The notes beneath the pieces were generated by a model that saw only the letters and a list, made by a program, of their open reading frames with translations, searched no databases and had not been told where the DNA came from. Source: Abditibacteriaceae bacterium (GTDB lineage Bacteria > Armatimonadota > Abditibacteriia > Abditibacteriales > Abditibacteriaceae). Taken from it: a DNA stretch of 13,264 bases. How positions within the stretch are numbered: position 1 is the first letter of the stretch; every line of letters begins with the position of its first letter. The stretch is from positions 1 to 13,264 of the forward strand of contig JANMKN010000347.1 of assembly GCA_031372065.1 (NCBI GenBank), read 5' to 3'. Positions 1 to 7,032 of the stretch are shown here, piece after piece. The position numbers and the translations under genes were made by a program.

Positions 1-15
1 TAATCCTTTTCTCCT
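1..15 (-). promoter_or_regulatory. Probable ribosome-binding site of a leftward gene beginning at or just beyond the window edge
   Basis: The minus strand reads AGGAG (15-11) then AAAAGGATTA up to position 1. The start codon itself is not visible. Confidence 0.45.
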
Positions 16-69
16 GTCCAAAATAGCTCCCGATGAGATTTCGCCGCAGCGCAAGGAGCCTGTGATGAA

Positions 70-98
70 GTTTTACAAGGAGTCTTAGGAGTCGTCAA
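70..98 (-). promoter_or_regulatory. Candidate sigma70-type promoter pointing left
   Basis: Minus strand TTGACG (98-93), 17-nt spacer, TAAAAC (75-70), about 55 nt upstream of the AGGAG RBS. The -10 matches consensus at only 4/6. Confidence 0.4.
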
Positions 99-306
99 AT
101 GTATTTTAGTAGATTCCAAACGTGTTTTAGTAGAGATAAGACGTGTTTTATTAGGTAAAAGACGTGCTTTATCTACTGAAATACATATTTTAATAGATTT
201 CAAACGGATTTTTGTAGATGATAGACGTATTTTAGTAGATACAAGACGTATTTCAGTAGATAAATCACGTCTTTTATTGATTCAGAAACGTATCTTAGTA
301 GATTTC
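97..306. repeat. Tandem array of 10 degenerate 21-bp repeats, consensus ARACGTRTTTTAGTAGATNNN
   Basis: Units start at 97, 118, 139, 160, 181, 202, 223, 244, 265 and 286 with no indels, e.g. AAACGTGTTTTAGTAGAGATA, AGACGTATTTTAGTAGATACA, AAACGTATCTTAGTAGATTTC. 59/210 bases are G+C (28%). Confidence 0.95.
156..276. repeat. 29-bp inverted repeat embedded in the 21-bp array (arms 156-184 and 248-276)
   Basis: 156-184 TAAAAGACGTGCTTTATCTACTGAAATAC versus reverse complement of 248-276 TAAAAGACGTGATTTATCTACTGAAATAC: 28/29 identical. Confidence 0.9.
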
Positions 307-313
307 AGAGGAG

Positions 314-328
314 TTGAAACTGTTTCAA
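314..328. promoter_or_regulatory. Perfect 7-1-7 palindrome, possible operator
   Basis: TTGAAAC-T-GTTTCAA, overlapping a second palindrome TTCAATTGAA (324-333), 7 bp from the array end. Confidence 0.35.
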
Positions 329-349
329 TTGAAGCGAAGAGACTTATTC

Positions 350-610
350 TCACGGCTCTGGCACGTCGCGCGTGATGTTCTTGCCGTCTTTGCGAAGCAC
401 AACCGAAATCGGCAAAGGCCAGCAGTCGTTTATAGATAAGTCAGCGTTGAAGGTCACATTTCGTGCTGTTGCGGGGATTTTCTGGCGACTACAATCAAAA
501 CTAAGGTAAAGGTTCTTGTCGCTTGTAAAATTCTTGCCGCCCCTAAAATTCGGAAATCCCATCTGTGCTGGACTTTTGTGGCAGAAAAATAAAGGGCAGG
601 CTGGTATCAC
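350..610 (-). CDS. Small hypothetical protein or gene remnant (86 aa)
   Basis: Only listed ORF in the gap between the array and glgA. The C-terminal half looks beta-rich and protein-like (LYLSFDCS...VTFNADLSINDCWPLPISVVLRK). GTG start has no well-spaced RBS and an in-frame stop lies 2 codons upstream. Confidence 0.3.
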   Translation of the reverse strand: MIPACPLFFCHKSPAQMGFPNFRGGKNFTSDKNLYLSFDCSRQKIPATARNVTFNADLSINDCWPLPISVVLRKDGKNITRDVPEP

Positions 611-694
611 GTTTTAGCCAAGAATCCTTCCAAACGGCTACGATTTATCGTTCTGGGTTGTTATGCGTGGCGTAGAGCGTTACATTTGTTTGCG

Positions 695-2173
695 ATGCCC
701 GAAAAAATGAAAATCCTCTTTGTTGCTTCCGAATGTGCGCCGTTTGCCAAAACTGGCGGTTTGGCCGATGCCGTGGCCGGACTTGCCAAAGCGCTCGTAA
801 CTGACGGACACGATGTTCGCGTCATCATTCCGTTGTATTCGTCTGTTGACCGCATTCGCTACAAGCTGGAAAGCGATGGCTCGTCGTGCGCCCACATGGG
901 CAAAGGCGAAGAACAATGGGTCGGCGTCCATAAGGCGTTGCTTGAGGGCATTGTTCCGGTTTGGTTTGTAGAATGTGACCGCTATTTTGGCCGTCCGGGT
1001 TACTATGATTTCGGCGGTCACGAATATGGCGACAATGGATTTCGTTTCGCCTTGTTTTGCAAAGCCGCGCTGCAAGTTTGCAAAGACCGCGATTGGATTC
1101 CCGATGTGGCCCACGTTCACGATTGGCCAGCGGCCTTGACTTCGGTTTATCTCAAAACATGGGATCGCATTTACTCACCGCTTTCGCAAACGGCCAGCGT
1201 GTTGACGATTCATAATGTCGGCTATCAAGGTGTTTATCACGGCTCGCTTTTTCCTTATATCGGCATCGGCAACGAACATTTTAACCCCAGCGGCATGGAA
1301 GATTTCGGTCAAGTGAATTTGCTGAAAGCGGGCGTTAATTACAGTGACGCCGTCACGACGGTTTCTCCGACTCATGCGCTTGAAATTCTCGACCCAATTG
1401 GCGGGCACGGCTTGGCGCCGTATCTCAACAACCGGCGCGCCGATTTGTTTGGCATTCTCAACGGCGCCGACTACGATCATTGGGACCCGGCGACGGACAA
1501 ATTAATTCCCGCGAATTATTCGGCGGACGACTTAGCGGGCAAGGCCGAATGTAAACGCGAATTGCAAAAGCGATTCAATCTCCAAGTGCGCGACGATGTG
1601 CCGATTTTTGCCTGCGTGTCGCGTTTTGCGCACCAAAAAGGCTTGCATTTGCTGATGGATGCGCTGCCGCGCGCTATCAACACGATGAATATGCAATTCG
1701 TGGCACTGGGCAACGGCGATAATGACACCGAAAACTTTTTTCACTGGCTGACAGGCACACATACAGGCCGCGCCGGTGATTATATTGGCTACTCTAACGA
1801 ATTGGCGCATCTCATCGAAGCGGGCAGCGATTTCTTTTTGATGCCTTCTCTTTATGAACCGTGCGGATTGAACCAGATTTACTCGCTGAAATACGCCACG
1901 CTGCCGGTTGTTCATGCCACCGGAGGCTTGGATGACACGGTGGAAAACTACGATGTCAACACCGGGAACGGCACTGGTTTCAAATTCTGGGCGCCCACTG
2001 GCGGCGCGCTTTACGATACCATCGGCTGGGCCAACGCTACATGGTGGGATCGTCCCGACCATATTGCCAAACTTCGCCAAAACGCGATGGCGCAGCATTT
2101 TTCGTGGGACGATACCGTGCCGCATTACGAAGCCGTTTATGAACACGCCATCAAAATTCGGCGCGGTGGTTGA
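695..2173 (+). CDS. glgA: Glycogen synthase (GT5, ADP-glucose)
   Basis: MKILFVASECAPFAKTGGLADAV with the KTGGL ADP-glucose motif, HVHDW, LTIHNVGYQG, GILNGADY, SRFAHQKG, MPSLYEPCGLNQ, TGGLDDTV and FSW. Start is uncertain: TTG 686, ATG 695 or ATG 707. Confidence 0.97.
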   Translation: MPEKMKILFVASECAPFAKTGGLADAVAGLAKALVTDGHDVRVIIPLYSSVDRIRYKLESDGSSCAHMGKGEEQWVGVHKALLEGIVPVWFVECDRYFGRPGYYDFGGHEYGDNGFRFALFCKAALQVCKDRDWIPDVAHVHDWPAALTSVYLKTWDRIYSPLSQTASVLTIHNVGYQGVYHGSLFPYIGIGNEHFNPSGMEDFGQVNLLKAGVNYSDAVTTVSPTHALEILDPIGGHGLAPYLNNRRADLFGILNGADYDHWDPATDKLIPANYSADDLAGKAECKRELQKRFNLQVRDDVPIFACVSRFAHQKGLHLLMDALPRAINTMNMQFVALGNGDNDTENFFHWLTGTHTGRAGDYIGYSNELAHLIEAGSDFFLMPSLYEPCGLNQIYSLKYATLPVVHATGGLDDTVENYDVNTGNGTGFKFWAPTGGALYDTIGWANATWWDRPDHIAKLRQNAMAQHFSWDDTVPHYEAVYEHAIKIRRGG

Positions 2174-2181
2174 AAAAATAT

Positions 2182-2214
2182 CAAAAGGGACAGGCATGAT
2201 GCCTGTCCCTTTTG
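2182..2214. terminator. Intrinsic, probably bidirectional terminator after glgA
   Basis: Perfect 16-1-16 inverted repeat CAAAAGGGACAGGCAT-G-ATGCCTGTCCCTTTTG, 8 nt after the stop, with A/T tracts at its ends. Confidence 0.85.
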
Positions 2215-2239
2215 CCATAGTTATTATGGTGATAATTTC

Positions 2240-2268
2240 TTGACGTATATATGGCAGTCTTAGATACT
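2240..2268 (+). promoter_or_regulatory. Candidate sigma70 promoter for the large surface protein gene
   Basis: TTGACG (2240-2245), 17-nt spacer, GATACT (2263-2268), in AT-rich DNA downstream of the glgA terminator. Confidence 0.45.
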
Positions 2269-2383
2269 GCGTTGCAATTTCATGTCGTAAAAGTTGCTTG
2301 TAGTCAGTATGAATCAGCGCGCAACACACCCATTTAGGTTGTTGCCCTGCTTCTTCTGTGCTGGATACAAAAAGGAACGGAAA

Positions 2384-5300
2384 ATGCGAGTGCCTAAACT
2401 GTTGACAGTTTTCATTGCTTTCGTCGTATCGATTGTGTTTTGCGCTACCTCGCCTGTAAGAGCTACTGTCGGAGATTTGGACACAAGTTTTAGCGATGAC
2501 GGCAAGCAACTCGTGCGTTTTTCCAACGATAATTTTGCTCATGGGGCGACTTTGCAAAGCGATGGCAAAGTTTTGATGGTCGGCTCTGCGTTAAACGGTT
2601 CGGTTTACAATTGTGCGGTTTCTCGCTTGAATAGCGATGGCAGTCTCGATAGTAGTTTTGATGGCGATGGCAAGGCTTTTGTGCCCTTTGGTTTTGGGCG
2701 CTGTGTCGCCGTGCAAAGTGACGGCAAAATTGTAGTGGCTGGCTATGGAATTGGCGCCTCTAATTACGATTTCGCTGTAGCCCGCTTGAATTCCAACGGT
2801 AGTTTAGACCTTAGTTTCGATGGTGACGGCAAAGCCTTGATTCCGGCCGGCACCTCCAACGATATTGCCGTAGATTTGGTTCTCCAAGGGGACGGGAAAA
2901 TTGTAGTCACCGGCTTTGGTTCTAACGGCACCAACGACGATTTCGCCGCCATTCGCTTAAATTCCAATGGCAGTTTAGACCTTAGTTTTGATGGTGACGG
3001 CAAAGTGCTGATACCGATTGGCGCGGGCACCGATCAGGCTTATGGTGTGGCATTGCAAAGCGACGGCAAAATTATCCTCTCTGGCGAATCGGTCACGAGC
3101 AACACCGCAAATTTTGCGGCGGTGCGCTTGAATTCCGATGGCAGCCTTGATAGCAGTTTCGACAGTGATGGCAAAGTCGTCGTGCCCGTTGGCAGCAGTG
3201 GCAATCAGGCTTATTCTGCTGCTGTGCAAAATGACGGCAAGATTATCCTCGCTGGAACAGGCATCAACATTTCAACGTGTTTTGCCGCCGTTCGTTTAAA
3301 TTCCAACGGCAGTTTAGACTCCGGTTTCGATGGCGATGGCAAGGTTTTCATTCCTATCGGTAGCAGCACTGATCAAGCCTATAGCGTAGCGCTGCAAAGC
3401 AACGGCAAAATTGTCTTGGGTGGCGTGAGCAAAACCGGCACGAATAATGATTTTGCAGTGGTTCGCTTGAACTCTAATGGCAGCCCAGATAATAGTTTTA
3501 GCAGTGACGGAAAACTGACCGTTGACTTTGGCGGCGCCTCGGATTTTGCTTATCGCGTCTTGATTCAAAGCGATGGGCGCATTGTGCTGGCTGGCGAGGG
3601 CAGCGATCCAACTTCGGGCACTCAGCAATTTGCAGCAGCTCGCGTTTTAGGTGATAGCAATCAGGCGCCGATAGCTCAAAGCCAAAACGTCACCGGAAAT
3701 GAAGATACGCTGCAAAATATCACGCTGATAGCGAGTGATGCCGATGGCGATGCTTTGCTGTATTCCGTGTTAAATGGCCCCGCACACGGCACATTAGGCG
3801 GCACGGCGCCCAACCTGACTTACACGCCCACTACCAATTTCAATGGCAGCGACAGTTTTACCTTTAAAGTCAACGATGGCTTAATGGATTCCAACACGGC
3901 CACGCTTTTCCTCACTGTGAACGCAGTCAACGATAATCCGGTGGTGCAAGATTCATTCGTTGTCACAATGGAAGAAACGGCGGTTGATTTCACTATCGAA
4001 GCCACTGATGTGGACGGCGATACTCTGACGTATTCGATTATCCAACCGGCACCTCAAGTCGGTTTTATCTCCGGCACCGGACCGAATTTTACATTCACGC
4101 CAACCACGAATTTTAATGGTCAATCTTATTTCGGATTCTCTCTTAGCGACGGAACAACCACAATTGCACAGAATGGTGTGATTACCGTCACGCCAGTCAA
4201 CGATGCGCCGACGCTAACGCGCATCAATACAACCAATGGTTCCGTGCAAGGACGGCCAGTAACTTTGTCGAGGGAACAACTCTGGCTGCTTTCCGATGCC
4301 GCCGATATTGATAACGAAGCTAACACCTTGCAATTCCGTGTCGAGAGCATCGAAGCGGGCACGCTCACATCTAACGGGCAGCCTGTCGAAGTTGGTTCCC
4401 TCATCACCGATGCGGCGAATGTAACATGGACAGCGTCCGCTGATGCTTTGGGCGAAACCGCAGCGTTCACCGTGAAAGCGTGGGACGGTGCATTGGCTTC
4501 GGCAACCCCTGTGCCTGTCAAATTTGATGTCGCTTCGTCCAACAACGCGCCGCAAGCGCAGGCACAAAATGTCGCGCTCAACGAAGACGCGACGGCGAAT
4601 ATCACTTTGTCGGCGACAGATGCTGATGGCGATGCATTGACGTATTCGATTTTTATACAGCCTTCGCACGGCACTTTAATCGGCACTTTGCCCAACGTGA
4701 CCTATACGCCGAACGCCAATTACAATGGCAGCGATAGTTTCTTCTTCACCGCCAACGATGGCAAAGCTGATTCGCAACCGGCCAAGGTCAGCATAACTGT
4801 CAATAGCATCAACGATGCGCCGACGATTACCTCAATTCAAGTGAGCGCAGGCAGCGAAGATTTGCCCATAGCTTTTCCGGCTCATGTTCTTATCGGAAAA
4901 ACTGTGGCTGCCGATGTAGATAACGATCCGATTTATCTGAAAGTTGAATCGCTCGGCGCAGGAACATTACAAATTGGCAACGTCCCGGCGTTTGTCGGCC
5001 AGCCGATTTATCCGAACAACTATATTTATTGGACGCCGCCTGCCAACGCCAATGGCGAATTGACGGTTGCCACCTTGCACGCTTTCGATGGCTCGCTGTC
5101 ATCGGCCAACGCAGTGCCTTGGAACGTGAATCTGACTCCGATAAATGACACGCCAACAGCGCAAAATTTAATTCTTACAACCAACGAAGACCAAGCAGTC
5201 AACGGCACTTTGTCGGGCAGCGATGTGGACAATGACGCGCTTTCTTTTCGCATTACAGTTCAGCCGCAGACAGGCACGGTTTCGGGCACGCTACCGAATT

Positions 5301-6955
5301 TCACTTACACGCCAAATGCCAACTATGCTGGCCCTGATAGCTTTCGTTTCGTCAGCAACGATGGTCAGCAGGATTCGGCAGAAGCAACTGTTGCACTTTC
5401 GCTAACTAATATCAACGATGCGCCGACACTCAGCGCGATTAACACACTCACGGGCGCGTTTGAAGACACGCCTTTCGATATTGCTTTTGCGACGTTGCAA
5501 AACGCCGCCAATGAAGCCGATATTGATAACGCCAGCCTCGCGTTTCGCATTGAAAGTGTGGAAGCCGGAACACTGACGAAAACCGGCGTTGCTGTTGTGG
5601 CGGGCACCATTTTCAATGCGGGCGAGACTCTGAAGTGGACGCCGCCCGCTGATGCCAATGGCACTGGTGTTGCGTTCACCATCAAGGCATGGGACGGCCA
5701 ATTAACCTCATCAACAGCAGTGCCCGTTACCATTTCGGTAGAAGCTGTCAGCGATTCGCCCATCGCGCAATCGCAAAGCGTGAGCACCAACGAAGACACC
5801 GCCGCTGGCATAATCCTAAGCGCAACCGATGCCGATGGCGACGCTTTGACTTACGCTATCGTGTCGCAGCCTCAGCATGGAATTTTGTCCGGCACCGCGC
5901 CGAACCTGACTTACACGCCAGCTGCGAATTATAGCGGCAGCGATAGTTTCACTTTCACAGCGAGCGGCGGCGCGATTGAATCCAATGTAGCCACGGTTTC
6001 GATCAACATCACCGCGCAAAATGATGTGCCCGTTGCCAGCAATCAGAGCGTAAACGCGGTGGAAGACACCTCATCTAATATCGCCTTGGGCGCAAATGAT
6101 GCCGATGGAGACGCGCTGATTTATACAATTGTAAGCGGCCCGACGAATGGCACTCTCAGCGGCAGCGGCGCCAATCGCATTTATATGCCTGCCGCGAATT
6201 ATAATGGTGTCGACAGCTTCACTTTCCATGTGAATGACGGCACGACGAATTCCAATACGGCGACTGTGAGCATCACTATCGTTGCAGTGAATGATATTCC
6301 GACGCTGACAACCATCAACAATCTCGCAGGTGGTTTGGAAGACACGGCGGTTTCGATTCCGTATGCAACTTTAGCCACTGCTGCCAACGAAGCCGATGTG
6401 GAAAGCGCAAATCTTTCGTTTCGCATCGAAAGTGTCAATGGCACACTAACTAAAGGCGGCACGGCTGTTGTTGTGGGCAGCACGCTCCTTGGCACAGGTG
6501 ACAGTGTGTTGTGGACTCCGCCCGCTAATGCCAATGGCACACTCGGCGCTTTCGCGGTTAAAGCGTGGGATGGCGCCGCTGCTTCGGCAACGGCTATAGC
6601 TGTCAATCTTACGGTCATAGCGGTCAATGATGCGCCGACTTTCACGCTTCCTGTCACCAGCCTCAGCGTGAAGAAAAACGTGACTGCGCAAACGATTCCC
6701 AATTGGGCGACAAATATCAGTGTTGGTCCAGCGGATGAAAGCGCGCAGACGAAAACCTTCACCATCACCAACAGCAATACGGCGCTGTTTTCGGCTCAAC
6801 CGGCCCTTAGCAGCACCGGCACGCTCACATTCCAGCCAGCCAAAAACAAAACCGGCACGGCAACAATTACGGTGCGATTGCAAGACAGTGGCGGCATAAC
6901 CAACGGCGGTGTGAACCTTTCGGTGGCGCGGACTTTTACGATAACTGTGAATTAA
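2384..6955 (+). CDS. Large secreted adhesin-like protein with delta-60 repeat (DUF5122-type) beta-propeller and tandem Ig-like/cadherin-like (tandem-95/Big_9-type) domains, 1523 aa
   Basis: ATG 2384 follows AAGGA (2372-2376) and opens a Sec signal peptide (MRVPKLLTVFIAFVVSIVFCATSPVRA). Seven repeats of the type RLNSxGSLDxSFDGDGK...QSDGKIVxAG are followed by 11 NDAP-initiated domains carrying NED and DADGD Ca2+-binding-type motifs. Confidence 0.92.
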   Translation: MRVPKLLTVFIAFVVSIVFCATSPVRATVGDLDTSFSDDGKQLVRFSNDNFAHGATLQSDGKVLMVGSALNGSVYNCAVSRLNSDGSLDSSFDGDGKAFVPFGFGRCVAVQSDGKIVVAGYGIGASNYDFAVARLNSNGSLDLSFDGDGKALIPAGTSNDIAVDLVLQGDGKIVVTGFGSNGTNDDFAAIRLNSNGSLDLSFDGDGKVLIPIGAGTDQAYGVALQSDGKIILSGESVTSNTANFAAVRLNSDGSLDSSFDSDGKVVVPVGSSGNQAYSAAVQNDGKIILAGTGINISTCFAAVRLNSNGSLDSGFDGDGKVFIPIGSSTDQAYSVALQSNGKIVLGGVSKTGTNNDFAVVRLNSNGSPDNSFSSDGKLTVDFGGASDFAYRVLIQSDGRIVLAGEGSDPTSGTQQFAAARVLGDSNQAPIAQSQNVTGNEDTLQNITLIASDADGDALLYSVLNGPAHGTLGGTAPNLTYTPTTNFNGSDSFTFKVNDGLMDSNTATLFLTVNAVNDNPVVQDSFVVTMEETAVDFTIEATDVDGDTLTYSIIQPAPQVGFISGTGPNFTFTPTTNFNGQSYFGFSLSDGTTTIAQNGVITVTPVNDAPTLTRINTTNGSVQGRPVTLSREQLWLLSDAADIDNEANTLQFRVESIEAGTLTSNGQPVEVGSLITDAANVTWTASADALGETAAFTVKAWDGALASATPVPVKFDVASSNNAPQAQAQNVALNEDATANITLSATDADGDALTYSIFIQPSHGTLIGTLPNVTYTPNANYNGSDSFFFTANDGKADSQPAKVSITVNSINDAPTITSIQVSAGSEDLPIAFPAHVLIGKTVAADVDNDPIYLKVESLGAGTLQIGNVPAFVGQPIYPNNYIYWTPPANANGELTVATLHAFDGSLSSANAVPWNVNLTPINDTPTAQNLILTTNEDQAVNGTLSGSDVDNDALSFRITVQPQTGTVSGTLPNFTYTPNANYAGPDSFRFVSNDGQQDSAEATVALSLTNINDAPTLSAINTLTGAFEDTPFDIAFATLQNAANEADIDNASLAFRIESVEAGTLTKTGVAVVAGTIFNAGETLKWTPPADANGTGVAFTIKAWDGQLTSSTAVPVTISVEAVSDSPIAQSQSVSTNEDTAAGIILSATDADGDALTYAIVSQPQHGILSGTAPNLTYTPAANYSGSDSFTFTASGGAIESNVATVSINITAQNDVPVASNQSVNAVEDTSSNIALGANDADGDALIYTIVSGPTNGTLSGSGANRIYMPAANYNGVDSFTFHVNDGTTNSNTATVSITIVAVNDIPTLTTINNLAGGLEDTAVSIPYATLATAANEADVESANLSFRIESVNGTLTKGGTAVVVGSTLLGTGDSVLWTPPANANGTLGAFAVKAWDGAAASATAIAVNLTVIAVNDAPTFTLPVTSLSVKKNVTAQTIPNWATNISVGPADESAQTKTFTITNSNTALFSAQPALSSTGTLTFQPAKNKTGTATITVRLQDSGGITNGGVNLSVARTFTITVN
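2471..3654 (+). repeat. Seven intragenic delta-60 repeats (about 53-57 aa each)
   Basis: LDxSF-type anchors near 2477, 2645, 2804, 2975, 3146, 3314 and 3485. Copies 3 and 4 are nearly identical in DNA around the anchor. Confidence 0.85.
3659..6952 (+). repeat. Eleven intragenic Ig/cadherin-like domains in the order A-A-B-A-B-A-B-A-A-B-C
   Basis: A units start at 3659, 3929, 4541, 5144, 5750 and 6020 and are each exactly 270 nt. B units (FRxES...WTPPA...AWDG) start at 4199, 4811, 5414 and 6290 and span 333-342 nt. The C unit starts at 6626. Confidence 0.85.
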
Positions 6956-6972
6956 ATTTCCCTTTGAGGACA

Positions 6973-7006
6973 CAAAGGCGCAGAGAAAATTTTCTCTGCG
7001 CCTTTG
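6973..7006. repeat. Perfect 34-bp palindrome (hairpin/terminator or REP-like element)
   Basis: CAAAGGCGCAGAGAAAA|TTTTCTCTGCGCCTTTG, 17 nt after the adhesin stop and followed by CGTTTT. Confidence 0.85.
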
Positions 7007-7032
7007 CGTTTTGCAGTGAATAAACTACGGCC

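Noticed and set aside
97..306. Definite plasmid or chromosomal replication origin
   Set aside because: No rep, dnaA or par gene and no clear DnaA boxes were seen in the window, and the units are more degenerate than typical iterons. Kept only as one hypothesis.
97..330. CRISPR array: the TCTACT/GTAGAT motifs recall the Cas12a repeat stem and GTTGAAAC recalls CRISPR repeat ends
   Set aside because: The period is only 21 bp with no unique 25-40 nt spacers, the repeats are degenerate, and no cas genes are in the window.
2294..2383. N-terminal extension of the large surface protein from TTG 2294
   Set aside because: The RBS and signal peptide fit ATG 2384.
1532..2557. 341-aa minus-strand ORF and other antisense ORFs over glgA
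   Set aside because: Shadow frames of well-supported + strand genes. This one runs through a terminator and has no recognisable motifs.
2780..3345. DGR template/variable repeat pair among near-identical delta-60 repeats
   Set aside because: The differences inspected are mostly synonymous third-position changes rather than adenine-specific, and no reverse transcriptase is present.
2764..6973. Multiple repetitive minus-strand ORFs within the adhesin gene
   Set aside because: Antisense shadows of the repeat-rich coding strand.
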